Source of the DNA: an uncultured Gemmatimonadaceae bacterium
Lineage (GTDB): Bacteria; Gemmatimonadota; Gemmatimonadetes; Gemmatimonadales; Gemmatimonadaceae
Assembly: GCA_963817955.1 (NCBI GenBank)
Contig: CAWFQK010000004.1
Span: forward strand, 544,001-608,000
DNA: 64,000 nucleotides
Reading direction: 5' to 3'
Part shown: positions 9,203 through 18,755 of the stretch, one piece after another
How the letters are laid out: each line of letters begins with the position of its first letter
Numbering within the stretch: position 1 is the stretch's first letter
The notes under the pieces: model-generated
Database searches by the model: none
Told to the model about the DNA's origin: nothing
What the model saw: only the letters and a program-made list of their open reading frames with translations
Position numbers and translations under genes: made by a program

Positions 9203-10305
9203 GGGTGCGTACCTCTCACGATTCCGGCAAGATGTCGTTCGGTCTCGTCGGCGGCGCGTTCCCACGTGAAGCTTTCGGCGAACCCGCGGGCGGCAAAGCC
9301 GAGCGTATCGACGAGATCACGCGATTCAGCGAGCCGGCGCATGGCAGCACCCATGGCGACGGTGTCGCCGTGCGTGACGAGAAAACCGGTCTGGCCATCG
9401 CGGACTGATTCGCGAATGCCCGGTGAGTTGGAGGCAACGACTGGCGTGGCACAGGCGGCCGCTTCGAGATTGGTGATGCCCCACCCCTCTTTGGGAGACG
9501 CGAACACGAGCGCCCACGACCGCCGCAGCAGCGCGAGCTTTTCCGCTTCCGAGATGCGCCCAAGAAACCGCACGCGCGCGCCAAGGTCAAGCGACGCGGC
9601 AAGGGCCTCGAGCGCCGGCCGATAATCGCCGGCACCGGCGATCTCGAGCGTCGCGCTCGGTACACCCATCGCCGCAAAGGCGCGGATGACGAGCTGCACT
9701 CCCTTGTACTTCTTGAGCCGGCCGAGATAGGAGAATACGGGCGCCGCCGCGCGTTCGGCGGGATTCGGCGTGTATCCCACCGTATCGACCCCGGGATAGA
9801 TCACGGCCACGGATGCGCGCGGAATGCCGCGCCCGGCCAGGTCTTCCGCCGTACTCTCGCTGATCGCTTCGAAGGGCACATTTCGATAGACGCGGCCGAG
9901 CGGTCGCTCGGCAGTCCAAACGGCGGCAGCCAGTGGGGCCGGCAATTCCTGAAATGCAGTCGACCCGAAGAGGTGAGGAACGAGGGCGACGGACTTCGGC
10001 GCTCTCCAACGGGGCGTATAGAGGGGCACCTTGTTGATGTCCTCGACAAGGACATCTGGCCACTGACTGAGTCTGCTTGCGTAGAAGCGATGCGCGAACC
10101 AAGGGAAGGTGTGCCGCGTGCCGACCCGATAGACATCGATCCCGTCGAGCGCCGCCCGCGACTGGCAACCGGGCCAGCCGCCACAGAGCAGCCGGATCTC
10201 ATGCCCCTTGGCGGCGAGCCGACCGAAGATCTCGTGCAGATGAATCTCTGCTCCGCCCCCTTGTGGATTCTCGCGATCCTGCCAGTTCACGAGCTGGATG
10301 CGCAC
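9199..10305 (-). CDS. Glycosyltransferase family 4
   Basis: GGAEIHLHE, YLGRLKKYKG, KEGWGITNLEAAAC. Confidence 0.92.
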   Translation of the reverse strand: MRIQLVNWQDRENPQGGGAEIHLHEIFGRLAAKGHEIRLLCGGWPGCQSRAALDGIDVYRVGTRHTFPWFAHRFYASRLSQWPDVLVEDINKVPLYTPRWRAPKSVALVPHLFGSTAFQELPAPLAAAVWTAERPLGRVYRNVPFEAISESTAEDLAGRGIPRASVAVIYPGVDTVGYTPNPAERAAAPVFSYLGRLKKYKGVQLVIRAFAAMGVPSATLEIAGAGDYRPALEALAASLDLGARVRFLGRISEAEKLALLRRSWALVFASPKEGWGITNLEAAACATPVVASNSPGIRESVRDGQTGFLVTHGDTVAMGAAMRRLAESRDLVDTLGFAARGFAESFTWERAADETERHLAGIVRGTHP

Positions 10306-10724
10306 TACATTCGCCCCATGCGCCGCGCGAGAGCGTCGAGCACGCCGTTCACGAACTTCGCGCTCTTGACCGTGCCGTACCGCTCAGCGAGGCGTACCGC
10401 CTCCTGGAGAACGACGCGCGGCGGGGTCTCGGCCCGCTGCAACTCGGCCGCGGCCATGCGCAACACGCAGCGGTCGATCACGCCAAGACGCTCCAGACGC
10501 CAATTGGTCGTTACCTCGGCCAATTCCGCGTCCAGTTCGCCCCCGTGCGCGGCGAGGGTGCGCACGAGCAGTCCGGCGAGCTTGCGCTCGTCCGGCGGTA
10601 CGTCGAGATCGTCCCAAATCTGCGTCGCCACGCGCTCGAGTTGCTGCTCACCGCGCAGGTCCCACGCGTACAACGCTTGAATCACCCGCGCGCGGGCGCG
10701 CGTTTCAACTCTCGTCCGCGGCAT
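10305..10724 (-). CDS. nusB: Transcription antitermination factor NusB
   Basis: RARARVIQALYAWD, NWRLERLGVIDRCVLR, KFVNGVLD. Follows ribH. Confidence 0.95.
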   Translation of the reverse strand: MPRTRVETRARARVIQALYAWDLRGEQQLERVATQIWDDLDVPPDERKLAGLLVRTLAAHGGELDAELAEVTTNWRLERLGVIDRCVLRMAAAELQRAETPPRVVLQEAVRLAERYGTVKSAKFVNGVLDALARRMGRM

Positions 10725-11184
10725 CCATACGATCGAATAGGTCAGCCATCTCGAGCGCCGCGAGCGCGGCGTCCCATCCTTTGTTGCCGTGCACGCCACC
10801 GGCACGAGCCTCCGCCTGCTCGTCGTTGTCGCACGTGAGCACACCGAAGCCAATCGGCACATCGAAATCGGTGCTGGCCGTGGCCAGTCCGCGCGATGCC
10901 TCACCAGCAACAAAGTCGAAGTGCGGCGTATCGCCGCGGATCACGGCGCCGACGGCGACGATCGCGTCGTAGCGTTCCGTCGCCAGCAGCCGGCGCGCCG
11001 CGAGCGGCAGCTCCCACGCACCAGGCACCCACACGACGTCCACATCGTCGACCGCGGCGCCGTGCCGCACTAATGCGTCGAGCGCGCCATCCACCAGCTT
11101 CTCGACGACTTCATGATTGAACCGGCTTGCCACAACGGCGAACCGACGCTCAGTGCCACTGGGAGTACCTGAGAATTCGGCCAT
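10705..11184 (-). CDS. ribH: 6,7-dimethyl-8-ribityllumazine synthase
   Basis: VVASRFN, VPGAWELP, VIRGDTPHFDFV, GNKG. Confidence 0.96.
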   Translation of the reverse strand: MAEFSGTPSGTERRFAVVASRFNHEVVEKLVDGALDALVRHGAAVDDVDVVWVPGAWELPLAARRLLATERYDAIVAVGAVIRGDTPHFDFVAGEASRGLATASTDFDVPIGFGVLTCDNDEQAEARAGGVHGNKGWDAALAALEMADLFDRMDAADES

Positions 11185-12389
11185 CAGGACGCCAACAAGT
11201 GTCCGAGTTTGTCTCGCTTGGTGCGCATGTATTCCGCGTTTTCGTCCTGGGTGGGTTGCACGATCGGCACGCGCTCGCCGAGATGGATGCCATAGCCCTC
11301 GAGTCCGACCATCTTGCGTGGGTTGTTCGTGATCGGACGGATGGATTTTACGCCGAGGTCGAGCAGGATCTGCGCGCCGATGCCGTAGTTGCGGAGATCC
11401 GGCTTGAACCCGAGTTGCTCGTTCGCCTCGACGGTGTCCGCGCCACGATCCTGCAGCTCGTACGCCTTGAGCTTGTTGAGCAGACCAATGCCGCGCCCTT
11501 CCTGATCGAGATAGACGATGACGCCGCGCCCGTCGGTGGAGATCATCTCCATCGCCTTGTCGAGCTGCCACCCGCAGTCGCATCGTAACGAGTGGAAGAC
11601 GTCGCCGGTAAGACACCGGGAGTGGATGCGAACCAGTAGGTCCTCGCCGTCCTCGATGTCTCCGTAGACCAGCGCGACGTGTTCGTGCGGGTCGACGTCG
11701 TTCCGATAACCGACGACGCGCCAGGCGCCGAAACTCGTCGGCAGCCGTGCCTCGGCCACGCGATGCACGAGCCGCTCGTTCTTCAAGCGATGCGCCACGA
11801 GTTGCGCCACCGTGACGAACGTGATGCCTTGCTCCGCCGCGAAGGCCTCCAACTGCGGGCGATGTGCCGATGTCCCGTCTTCGCTGAGGATCTCGCAGAT
11901 GACGCCTGCGGGCAACAGCCCGGCGAGGCGCGCCAGATCGATCGCCGCCTCGGTGTGTCCAACCCGCTGCAGCACGCCACCTTCGCGCCCGCGCAGCGGA
12001 AAGACATGACCGCCGTGCCGCAGATCAGATGGCACCGCCGCCGGATCGACGGCCACGCGAATGGTCGTCGCGCGATCGTGCGCGCTGATGCCGGTCGTGA
12101 CGCCGTACCGCGGCGAGGCGTCCACGCTGACCGTGTATGCTGTGCGGTACTCGTCGATGTTCGTTTCGGCCATTGGGGCGAGACGGAGCGCATCCACGCG
12201 ATCGCCGCTCAGGGCCAGGCAAACGAGCCCACCCGCTTTCTTGATCATGAAGTTGATCATCTCCGGCGTCACGAGCTGCGCCGCACACACCAGATCTCCT
12301 TCATTCTCGCGATCCTCGTCATCCGCGACGATGACAAACTTGCCGTCGCGGATGTCCTGGATCGCCTGCTCTATCGTTCCGAAACCCAT
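11184..12389 (-). CDS. ribBA: Bifunctional DHBP synthase / GTP cyclohydrolase II
   Basis: DDEDRENEGD, GHTEA, RIHSRCLTGDVFHSLRCDCG, QEGRGIGL. Confidence 0.96.
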   Translation of the reverse strand: MGFGTIEQAIQDIRDGKFVIVADDEDRENEGDLVCAAQLVTPEMINFMIKKAGGLVCLALSGDRVDALRLAPMAETNIDEYRTAYTVSVDASPRYGVTTGISAHDRATTIRVAVDPAAVPSDLRHGGHVFPLRGREGGVLQRVGHTEAAIDLARLAGLLPAGVICEILSEDGTSAHRPQLEAFAAEQGITFVTVAQLVAHRLKNERLVHRVAEARLPTSFGAWRVVGYRNDVDPHEHVALVYGDIEDGEDLLVRIHSRCLTGDVFHSLRCDCGWQLDKAMEMISTDGRGVIVYLDQEGRGIGLLNKLKAYELQDRGADTVEANEQLGFKPDLRNYGIGAQILLDLGVKSIRPITNNPRKMVGLEGYGIHLGERVPIVQPTQDENAEYMRTKRDKLGHLLAS

Positions 12390-12976
12390 GTTGATTCCTT
12401 GAGCAAGCGCTGAACGTACTTCCCCAGCATGTCGGCTTCGACGTGGACCCGGTCGCCGGCCGACAGCCCCGAAAAAGTCGTATGACGCAACGTGTAGTCA
12501 ATCAGCGATAGCTGCAGCGCATCGGGCGCAGGCAGCGCATTCACGGTAAGGCTGACACCGTCGATGGTGACGGAGCCGTGCGGTACCATAAGCTCGGCGA
12601 GCCCCGCTGGCAGAGCAAGGTCGACGAGCCGCGCGTCACCTTCCTGCCGGACATTCTGGACCGTGGCAACACCGTCTACGTGACCTTGCACGAAATGACC
12701 ACCCAGCCGATCACCAAGGCGCAACGCTCGCTCGATATTCACGCGCCGGCCAACGGTCCAATTACCGACGGTCGTGCGGCCGAGCGTCGTGACGACCGCC
12801 GCCACGGTGAACCAGCCACTGCCATGTTCGCGCACGGTGAGGCACGCACCGTTCACGGCAATGCTCTCGCCCTCGGCGAGCCCCGCATACCGGCATTCGA
12901 TCCGGAATTCGCGTCCAGCGCCGGTCTCGGCGACAAGGACGATTGTTCCAACGTCGTCGATCAATCCGGTGAACAC
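12371..12976 (-). CDS. ribE: Riboflavin synthase (alpha chain)
   Basis: MFTGLI N-terminus, SIAVNGACLTV, GGHFVQGHVDG. Confidence 0.96.
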   Translation of the reverse strand: MFTGLIDDVGTIVLVAETGAGREFRIECRYAGLAEGESIAVNGACLTVREHGSGWFTVAAVVTTLGRTTVGNWTVGRRVNIERALRLGDRLGGHFVQGHVDGVATVQNVRQEGDARLVDLALPAGLAELMVPHGSVTIDGVSLTVNALPAPDALQLSLIDYTLRHTTFSGLSAGDRVHVEADMLGKYVQRLLKESTWVSER

Positions 12977-14079
12977 GGCACGTCCCGCAGTGCGTAGGTG
13001 GTCATGACGTCATCGCCACAAGCCCGTTGCGCAACGATTGGCAGCGCACCAAGCGACGACTCGAATCCAGCTGGCGCGAACGCGAAGGCCTGGAGGGCGC
13101 CCGCACCGAGCATGAGGGGTGATCGAAAGATAATGAGGCGGTCCACCAACTTCTCGCGGAGCATCGATCCCGCGATTGCGGCTCCCCCTTCCACGAGGAG
13201 TGAGCGGACTCCCTGCTTGCGCAGCCATTGCAACGAAGCATGGAGCGACGGCATCATGCCTACCTGCACGCCGGCGCTCGCCAGCACGGCCAAGCGGTCG
13301 GGAGGAACATCATGCTGCCCGGCGACAATCAGCGTTTCGACGTCATGCGCTGTGCGCACGAGTACCGAGTCAGCCGGTGTCCGAAGGTGTGAGTCGAAGA
13401 CTATGCGCTTCGGCGCAATGCGCGGCGGCGGGACATCGCGCACCGTCAACGTCGGATCGTCGGCCAACACCGTGCCGATCCCGACGGCAATCGCGTCGCT
13501 GTTGGCGCGCAACCGGTGCACCTCGCGACGAGACTCGGGACCGGAGATCCAACGCAGTTTTCCGGCAGGATCGGCAATGGCGCCGTCAGAGGAGAGTGCA
13601 AGCTTGAGCGTTACCCACGGTCGATCGCTCACCTGCGCATTGAAGAACGGCGCATTGAGCTCGAGCGCGGCATCGCGCTCAATGCCGACAGTGACCTCCA
13701 CGCCTGTATCACGCAGTTGCTCGACGCCGCCACGCGCCAGGTCGCTCGGGTCGCGCACGGCAGCAACGACCCGGGCGATGCCAGCCGCCAGGACAGCGTC
13801 CACGCAGGGCGGCGTCTTCCCCGAATGCGCGCACGGCTCGAGGGTCACGTATAATGTCGCGCCGGGCGTGCGCGCGCCGGCATTGGCCAGCGCAACGGGC
13901 TCGGCGTGTGCCTCGCCGTAGCGGGCATGGTAGCCCTCGCCGACAATCGCATCGCCAGCAACGACGACGGCGCCGACCATTGGGTTCGGCGCCGTTTCTC
14001 CCCACCCGAGTTGAGCGAGCGCAAGGGCCCGCCGCATGTAGACCGAGTCCTGCTCAGCCGACGCTGCGACGGGCCGCAT
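12961..14079 (-). CDS. ribD: Riboflavin biosynthesis deaminase/reductase
   Basis: PNPMVGAV, HAE, TLEPCAHSGKTPPC, LLVEGG. Start placed at ATG 14079. Confidence 0.95.
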   Translation of the reverse strand: MRPVAASAEQDSVYMRRALALAQLGWGETAPNPMVGAVVVAGDAIVGEGYHARYGEAHAEPVALANAGARTPGATLYVTLEPCAHSGKTPPCVDAVLAAGIARVVAAVRDPSDLARGGVEQLRDTGVEVTVGIERDAALELNAPFFNAQVSDRPWVTLKLALSSDGAIADPAGKLRWISGPESRREVHRLRANSDAIAVGIGTVLADDPTLTVRDVPPPRIAPKRIVFDSHLRTPADSVLVRTAHDVETLIVAGQHDVPPDRLAVLASAGVQVGMMPSLHASLQWLRKQGVRSLLVEGGAAIAGSMLREKLVDRLIIFRSPLMLGAGALQAFAFAPAGFESSLGALPIVAQRACGDDVMTTYALRDVPCSPD

Positions 14080-14084
14080 TCCAG

Positions 14085-15104
14085 TTAGAAGCTGAGGCGA
14101 AGGCCCGCCGAGCCGTAGACCTGCGAACGATCGGCCCGACCACCCGCGAACGAGTTGAACGTGTTCACCGTACCGCCACTCGCCTGGCCAACCTCGCCGG
14201 TGATCTTGAAGAGCGGCAGGTTGAGCGAGAGATCGGCGAATAGGTTGGTGCGCGTCATCGTCTGGCTCGTCCCTGGCACGCTCGCGTCGCCGCTGAATGC
14301 GCCCTGTGAGACGTGCGCCGAGATGTCCGCCGACTGTTCGTACTTGTCCTGGCCCGCGCCCGCAGCGAGGCCGAAGAAGATGAAGCTCTTGCTCGCGACC
14401 ACACGCCAAGCGGAGGTGTTCACCTTGGCATTCGCCACCGACAGCGTGTCACCACCCGATGTACCCGTCAGCGTCGTCGTCGGCAGATCACGCTTGATCC
14501 ACGTCACGGACACGCCCGGCACCACGATGGATTCCGACAGGAGACCAACGCGCGCGCCGTAGCCGAACTGCCAATTGTTCTGCGGCGTGATCGAGAACGA
14601 GCCAGAGCCCGACGTGATCGTCGGGACATACGACGCGCTCACCAGCGCGTCGACTCCGCCGATATTCGTCAGCCCGAGCGGCAGGCCCTTGAAGATGCCA
14701 ATCGCCCCGTCCGCAGTCGGCAAGCCGAGAATCTGATTCTTGGTCGGCAGCACGCGCTGCTGCGCGCCAGTCGTGCTCTGCTGGAAGTTGGTCACATCCG
14801 GCAGCACGCCTCTGAAGACGTTGCCGCGCAATCCGACCGAGAAATGTCCGATCCCACCGAGCACGCTACCCTGGCCGAGCGTTGCATTACCACCGGCGAG
14901 CGCAAGGCCGAGTTGCGGCGACATGAACTGGTAGAGATCGAATGCCTGCGTGCAGGCATCCTGCGCCACCCGCTGCGAACTGGGGATGCCGCCGGTAAGC
15001 GTCCCGGGGGGACAGGGCGAATTCGTCAAGCCGCCACCCTGGGCCGAAGCAACGCTCGCCGTGAGCGCGAGACCGGCGCCGGCTATCACGAGATGTATTC
15101 TCAT
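14085..15104 (-). CDS. Hypothetical secreted protein, probable outer-membrane beta-barrel
   Basis: Signal peptide MRIHLVIAGAGLALTASVASA-Q, amphipathic strands, C-terminal AGLRLSF. Confidence 0.7.
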   Translation of the reverse strand: MRIHLVIAGAGLALTASVASAQGGGLTNSPCPPGTLTGGIPSSQRVAQDACTQAFDLYQFMSPQLGLALAGGNATLGQGSVLGGIGHFSVGLRGNVFRGVLPDVTNFQQSTTGAQQRVLPTKNQILGLPTADGAIGIFKGLPLGLTNIGGVDALVSASYVPTITSGSGSFSITPQNNWQFGYGARVGLLSESIVVPGVSVTWIKRDLPTTTLTGTSGGDTLSVANAKVNTSAWRVVASKSFIFFGLAAGAGQDKYEQSADISAHVSQGAFSGDASVPGTSQTMTRTNLFADLSLNLPLFKITGEVGQASGGTVNTFNSFAGGRADRSQVYGSAGLRLSF

Positions 15105-15115
15105 TGCTGCTTCTC

Positions 15116-16141
15116 CTAGTTGAGGATGACTTGACCCGTTCCTGTTCGGACCTCTCCGATCCGCCACGCGCGAACACTGCTCCGGTTGGCGACTGCTATG
15201 ACCTCTGCCACGTCGGATTGCGCGGCGATGACGACCATTCCAACGCCCATGTTGAACGTTCTGAACATCTCGCCACGCTCCACGCCGCCGGCCTGCTGCA
15301 ACTGCTGGAACAAGTTGGGAACTGTCCAGCTCTTCGTATCGACGCTCGCGTCGAGGTTGGGAGGGAGCGCCCGGTTCAAGTTCCCGGGGATTCCGCCGCC
15401 GGTAATGTGGGCCATTGCATGCACTTTGGACAGCACCGGCCTCAACGCGGACAGATAGGATCGATGAATGGTCAACAACTCGTCACCAACCGTCGCCGTT
15501 GATCCCGGATACCGATCCGTGACCGCTAACATCATGCGATCATTGACGATGCGCCGTGCGAGCGAGAATCCGTTCGTGTGCAATCCGCTGCTCTCGAGCC
15601 CGATGAGCGCATCGCCCTCTCGAACGCGGTGCACGCCGAGGATCGCGTCCTCATCGACATATCCGACAATAAATCCGGCGAGATCGTAGTCGGGCGGCGT
15701 GTAGACGCCCGGCATCTCCGCGGTCTCGCCGCCGAGCAGTGCACAGCCGTTCTCGCGACAGCCGGCCGCAACGCCGGCCACGACACCCTCGACCGCCCGC
15801 GTGTCCAAGGCACCAAATGCCACGTAATCAAGAAAGAAGAGTGGGGTGGCGCCCTGCACGAGAATGTCATTGACGCAGTGGTTCACGAGATCGTGCCCGA
15901 CGGTGTCGTACGTTCCGGCCTCGATCGCGACTTTGAGCTTGGTGCCGACTCCGTCGGCGCTCGCCACGAGCACCGGTTTCGGCACGTCGGTTGGCACCCG
16001 AAACATGCCACCAAACCCACCGAACTCGCCACGCGTTCCTGACGTGAGCGTGGAGAGAACATGCGCCTTGATTCGATGCTTCGCCTTGTCCGCCGCATCG
16101 ATGTCGACTCCGGCCATGCGGTAGTCGAGCGGCTCGGTCAC
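15116..16141 (-). CDS. purM: Phosphoribosylformylglycinamidine cyclo-ligase
   Basis: YRMAGVDI, DGVGTKL, GGETAEMPG, SSGLHTNG, TFNMGVG. Confidence 0.97.
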   Translation of the reverse strand: MTEPLDYRMAGVDIDAADKAKHRIKAHVLSTLTSGTRGEFGGFGGMFRVPTDVPKPVLVASADGVGTKLKVAIEAGTYDTVGHDLVNHCVNDILVQGATPLFFLDYVAFGALDTRAVEGVVAGVAAGCRENGCALLGGETAEMPGVYTPPDYDLAGFIVGYVDEDAILGVHRVREGDALIGLESSGLHTNGFSLARRIVNDRMMLAVTDRYPGSTATVGDELLTIHRSYLSALRPVLSKVHAMAHITGGGIPGNLNRALPPNLDASVDTKSWTVPNLFQQLQQAGGVERGEMFRTFNMGVGMVVIAAQSDVAEVIAVANRSSVRAWRIGEVRTGTGQVILN

Positions 16142-17055
16142 AAGACGTCCTGCTCGAACGTGACCAGCCGATGGAACTCGCCGACCCGCCGACGAATGTC
16201 GTCTGACGTGATCTCCAGCAGCCGCTCGACAGAGAACTTTTCGACGGCAAAGGAGCCCATCGCCGATCCATAGATCACGGCGCGGCGCAAGTTTCCTTCC
16301 GAGGTATCGCCGGTGCGCGCGAGATAGCCCATGAAGCCGCCGGCAAACGAATCGCCGGCGCCGGTTGGATCGAACACCGACTCGAGCGGATAGGCCGGCG
16401 CGAAGAAGATCGTCGATTCGGTGAACATGAACGCGCCGTGCTCACCCTTCTTGATCACGACATGCTTTGGCCCACGCTTCATGATCCACCGTGCCGCCCG
16501 CACGAGATTGAACTCGTCAGTGAGCTGCCGCGCTTCGGCATCGTTCAGCGTGATCAGGTCCACATGTTCGAGCAACTTGAGGAGATCGGGCCGGCGGCTC
16601 TCGATCCAGAAATTCATCGTGTCGCAGGCGACCAGCTTGGGCTTCGCGACCTGCGTGAGGACGTCGAGCTGGAGCCTGGGATCGATGTTGCCGAGGAAGA
16701 CGAACGGTGCGTTGCGGAACTTTTCGGGAATCTTCGGCCGGAAATTCGAGAACACCCCGAGGTGCGTCTCGAGGGTTTCGGCCAGATTCAGATCGTGGTG
16801 GTATCGGCCCCGCCACCGAAACGACGCACCATCGGCGTGCTCGACTCCCTCGAGATCGATCGGACGCGATGCGAATTTCTGTCGCAGATCATCGATGGGA
16901 AAGTCGTTGCCGATGATCCCGACGAGCTGCACCGGCGACAGATGACTGGCGGACGCGGAGAAGAAGGTGCCGGACCCGCCGAGCACATTATCCGCCTTCC
17001 CGAATGGCGTCTCGACCGAGTCGAGGGCGACGGATCCAACGACAAGAACGGTCAT
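16138..17055 (-). CDS. PfkB family carbohydrate/nucleoside kinase
   Basis: VVGSVALD, LGGSG, DPTGAGDSFAGGF. Start ATG 17055. Confidence 0.92.
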   Translation of the reverse strand: MTVLVVGSVALDSVETPFGKADNVLGGSGTFFSASASHLSPVQLVGIIGNDFPIDDLRQKFASRPIDLEGVEHADGASFRWRGRYHHDLNLAETLETHLGVFSNFRPKIPEKFRNAPFVFLGNIDPRLQLDVLTQVAKPKLVACDTMNFWIESRRPDLLKLLEHVDLITLNDAEARQLTDEFNLVRAARWIMKRGPKHVVIKKGEHGAFMFTESTIFFAPAYPLESVFDPTGAGDSFAGGFMGYLARTGDTSEGNLRRAVIYGSAMGSFAVEKFSVERLLEITSDDIRRRVGEFHRLVTFEQDVL

Positions 17056-17062
17056 TTGATTG

Positions 17063-17092
17063 CTGGTGACTGGTGGCTGGTAACTGGGGACT
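17063..17092. repeat. Degenerate heptamer tandem (CTGGTGA-like x4)
   Basis: ctggtga ctggtgg ctggtaa ctgggga ct in the argS-pfkB spacer. Confidence 0.75.
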
Positions 17093-17102
17093 CGCAGCGA
17101 TT

Positions 17103-18755
17103 TCACATCCTGTCCGGCGCCGTGATGCCCAACAACGCCAGGCCATTGCGCAGGACGAGCTGCGCGGCGCGCGCCAACACGAGACGGGCGCCCATGATCG
17201 GCTCTGGCTCGTTGAGGACGTGAGCTTTGTGGTACCACACGTGGATCTTGCCGGCGGTGTCGTGCAGGTAGGTCGCGATACGATGCGGCTCGAGCGATTC
17301 GGCGGCACCAGCGACGAGCGACGGGTAGTCGAGCAGGGCCTTGATCAGCTCCTGCTCGTCGGAGAGCGTGAGCACCGACAGGTCGGCGGAATCGCCCGTA
17401 ATCGAGGCTGGGTCGATCTCGCCGACGCGGAAGATGCCGGACAAGCGCGCATGGGCCATCTGGATGTAGTACACCGGGTTCTCATCCGACTGCGAGCGTG
17501 CGACGTCGATATCGAAGACCAACTGCGAGTCGCCCTTGCGCATGAGGAAGAAGTAACGCACCGCATCGCGCCCAACTTCGTCGACGAGATCGCGCACCGT
17601 CACGTAGCTCCCGGCGCGCTTGGAGATCTTCACCTCCTCGCCACCACGCATCACCGTCACCATCTGATGCAGCACGTACTCGGGATAGCCATGGGGAATC
17701 CCCATATCGAGCGCCTGCAGCCCCGCGCGCACTCGTGTCACCGTGCTGTGGTGATCGGCGCCTTGCACATTGATGGCGCGCGTGAACCCGCGTTCCCACT
17801 TGGTGATGTGGTACGCCACGTCGGGAACGAAGTACGTCGGCTCGCCGCCCTTCTCCGCGCTGCGCCGCATGACGCGGTCCTTGTCGTCGCCAAAGTCGGT
17901 CGTCTTCAGCCAGAGCGCACCGTCCTTCTCGTACGTGTGCCCGGCGGCGATGAGGCGCGCGATCGCGTCTTCCACGCGGCCGTCGCTGTACAGCGACGAC
18001 TCGAGGAAATACCTGTCGAACTTGACCCCGAACGCCTGGAGGTCGCGATCCTGTTCTTTGCGCAACTCGTGCACCGCGAAGCTGCGGATCGCGTCGAGTG
18101 CGTCGGCGTTCGGATCGGACGAATGCTCGTCGATGTAGCGCTGCGCGAGATCGCGGATATACTCGCCGTGATACCCGCCGTCGGGAAGCGGGACGTCCTG
18201 ACCGCCGAGCTGCCGCACGCGTGCTTGGACGCTGAGCGCGAGGTTGATGATCTGCGCGCCAGCATCGTTATAATAAAACTCTCGAGTCACCATCCAGCCG
18301 GTGGCGGCCAGTAACGAGGCGATCGCGTCGCCGAGCGCGGCCTGCCGTCCGTGACCGACGTGCAACGGTCCCGTCGGATTCGCCGAGACGAACTCCACGT
18401 TCACCGGGCACTGTTGGCCGGTGTTGGACGCACCGTACTGCGTTCCCGCGGCGATCAGGGCCCGCAGGCCCTCGGCCGACACGTCGGCGGCAACGCGAAA
18501 GTTGATGAAACCCGGTCCGGCGATCTCCGCGGCACTGATGCCCGCACGCCGAAAATCGAGCCGTTCAACGAGGGCCGCGGCCAGCTCCCGCGGCTTCTGG
18601 CCCAATGGCTTGGCCAGGACCATCGCCAGGTTCGTCGCCCAATCGCCAAACGATGGATCGCGTGGACGCTCGATTGCCGCCTCGACGCTGTCGGGCGCGC
18701 CGAGCGATACCGCGGCGCGACGCAACTCCGCGCGGAGCAGATCCGTGCCGTTCAT
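17103..18755 (-). CDS. argS: Arginine--tRNA ligase
   Basis: EFVSANPTGPLHVGHGR (HIGH), GADHH, KISKRAG, YYIQMAHAR. Confidence 0.97.
   Translation of the reverse strand: MNGTDLLRAELRRAAVSLGAPDSVEAAIERPRDPSFGDWATNLAMVLAKPLGQKPRELAAALVERLDFRRAGISAAEIAGPGFINFRVAADVSAEGLRALIAAGTQYGASNTGQQCPVNVEFVSANPTGPLHVGHGRQAALGDAIASLLAATGWMVTREFYYNDAGAQIINLALSVQARVRQLGGQDVPLPDGGYHGEYIRDLAQRYIDEHSSDPNADALDAIRSFAVHELRKEQDRDLQAFGVKFDRYFLESSLYSDGRVEDAIARLIAAGHTYEKDGALWLKTTDFGDDKDRVMRRSAEKGGEPTYFVPDVAYHITKWERGFTRAINVQGADHHSTVTRVRAGLQALDMGIPHGYPEYVLHQMVTVMRGGEEVKISKRAGSYVTVRDLVDEVGRDAVRYFFLMRKGDSQLVFDIDVARSQSDENPVYYIQMAHARLSGIFRVGEIDPASITGDSADLSVLTLSDEQELIKALLDYPSLVAGAAESLEPHRIATYLHDTAGKIHVWYHKAHVLNEPEPIMGARLVLARAAQLVLRNGLALLGITAPDRM

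Noticed and set aside
8135..9625. Long plus-strand ORFs (also 17073..18314, 24547..25980, 30168..31520, 41634..43190, 47079..48260, 55514..56887)
   Set aside because: Antisense shadows of well-supported minus-strand genes in high-GC DNA, with no recognisable motifs.
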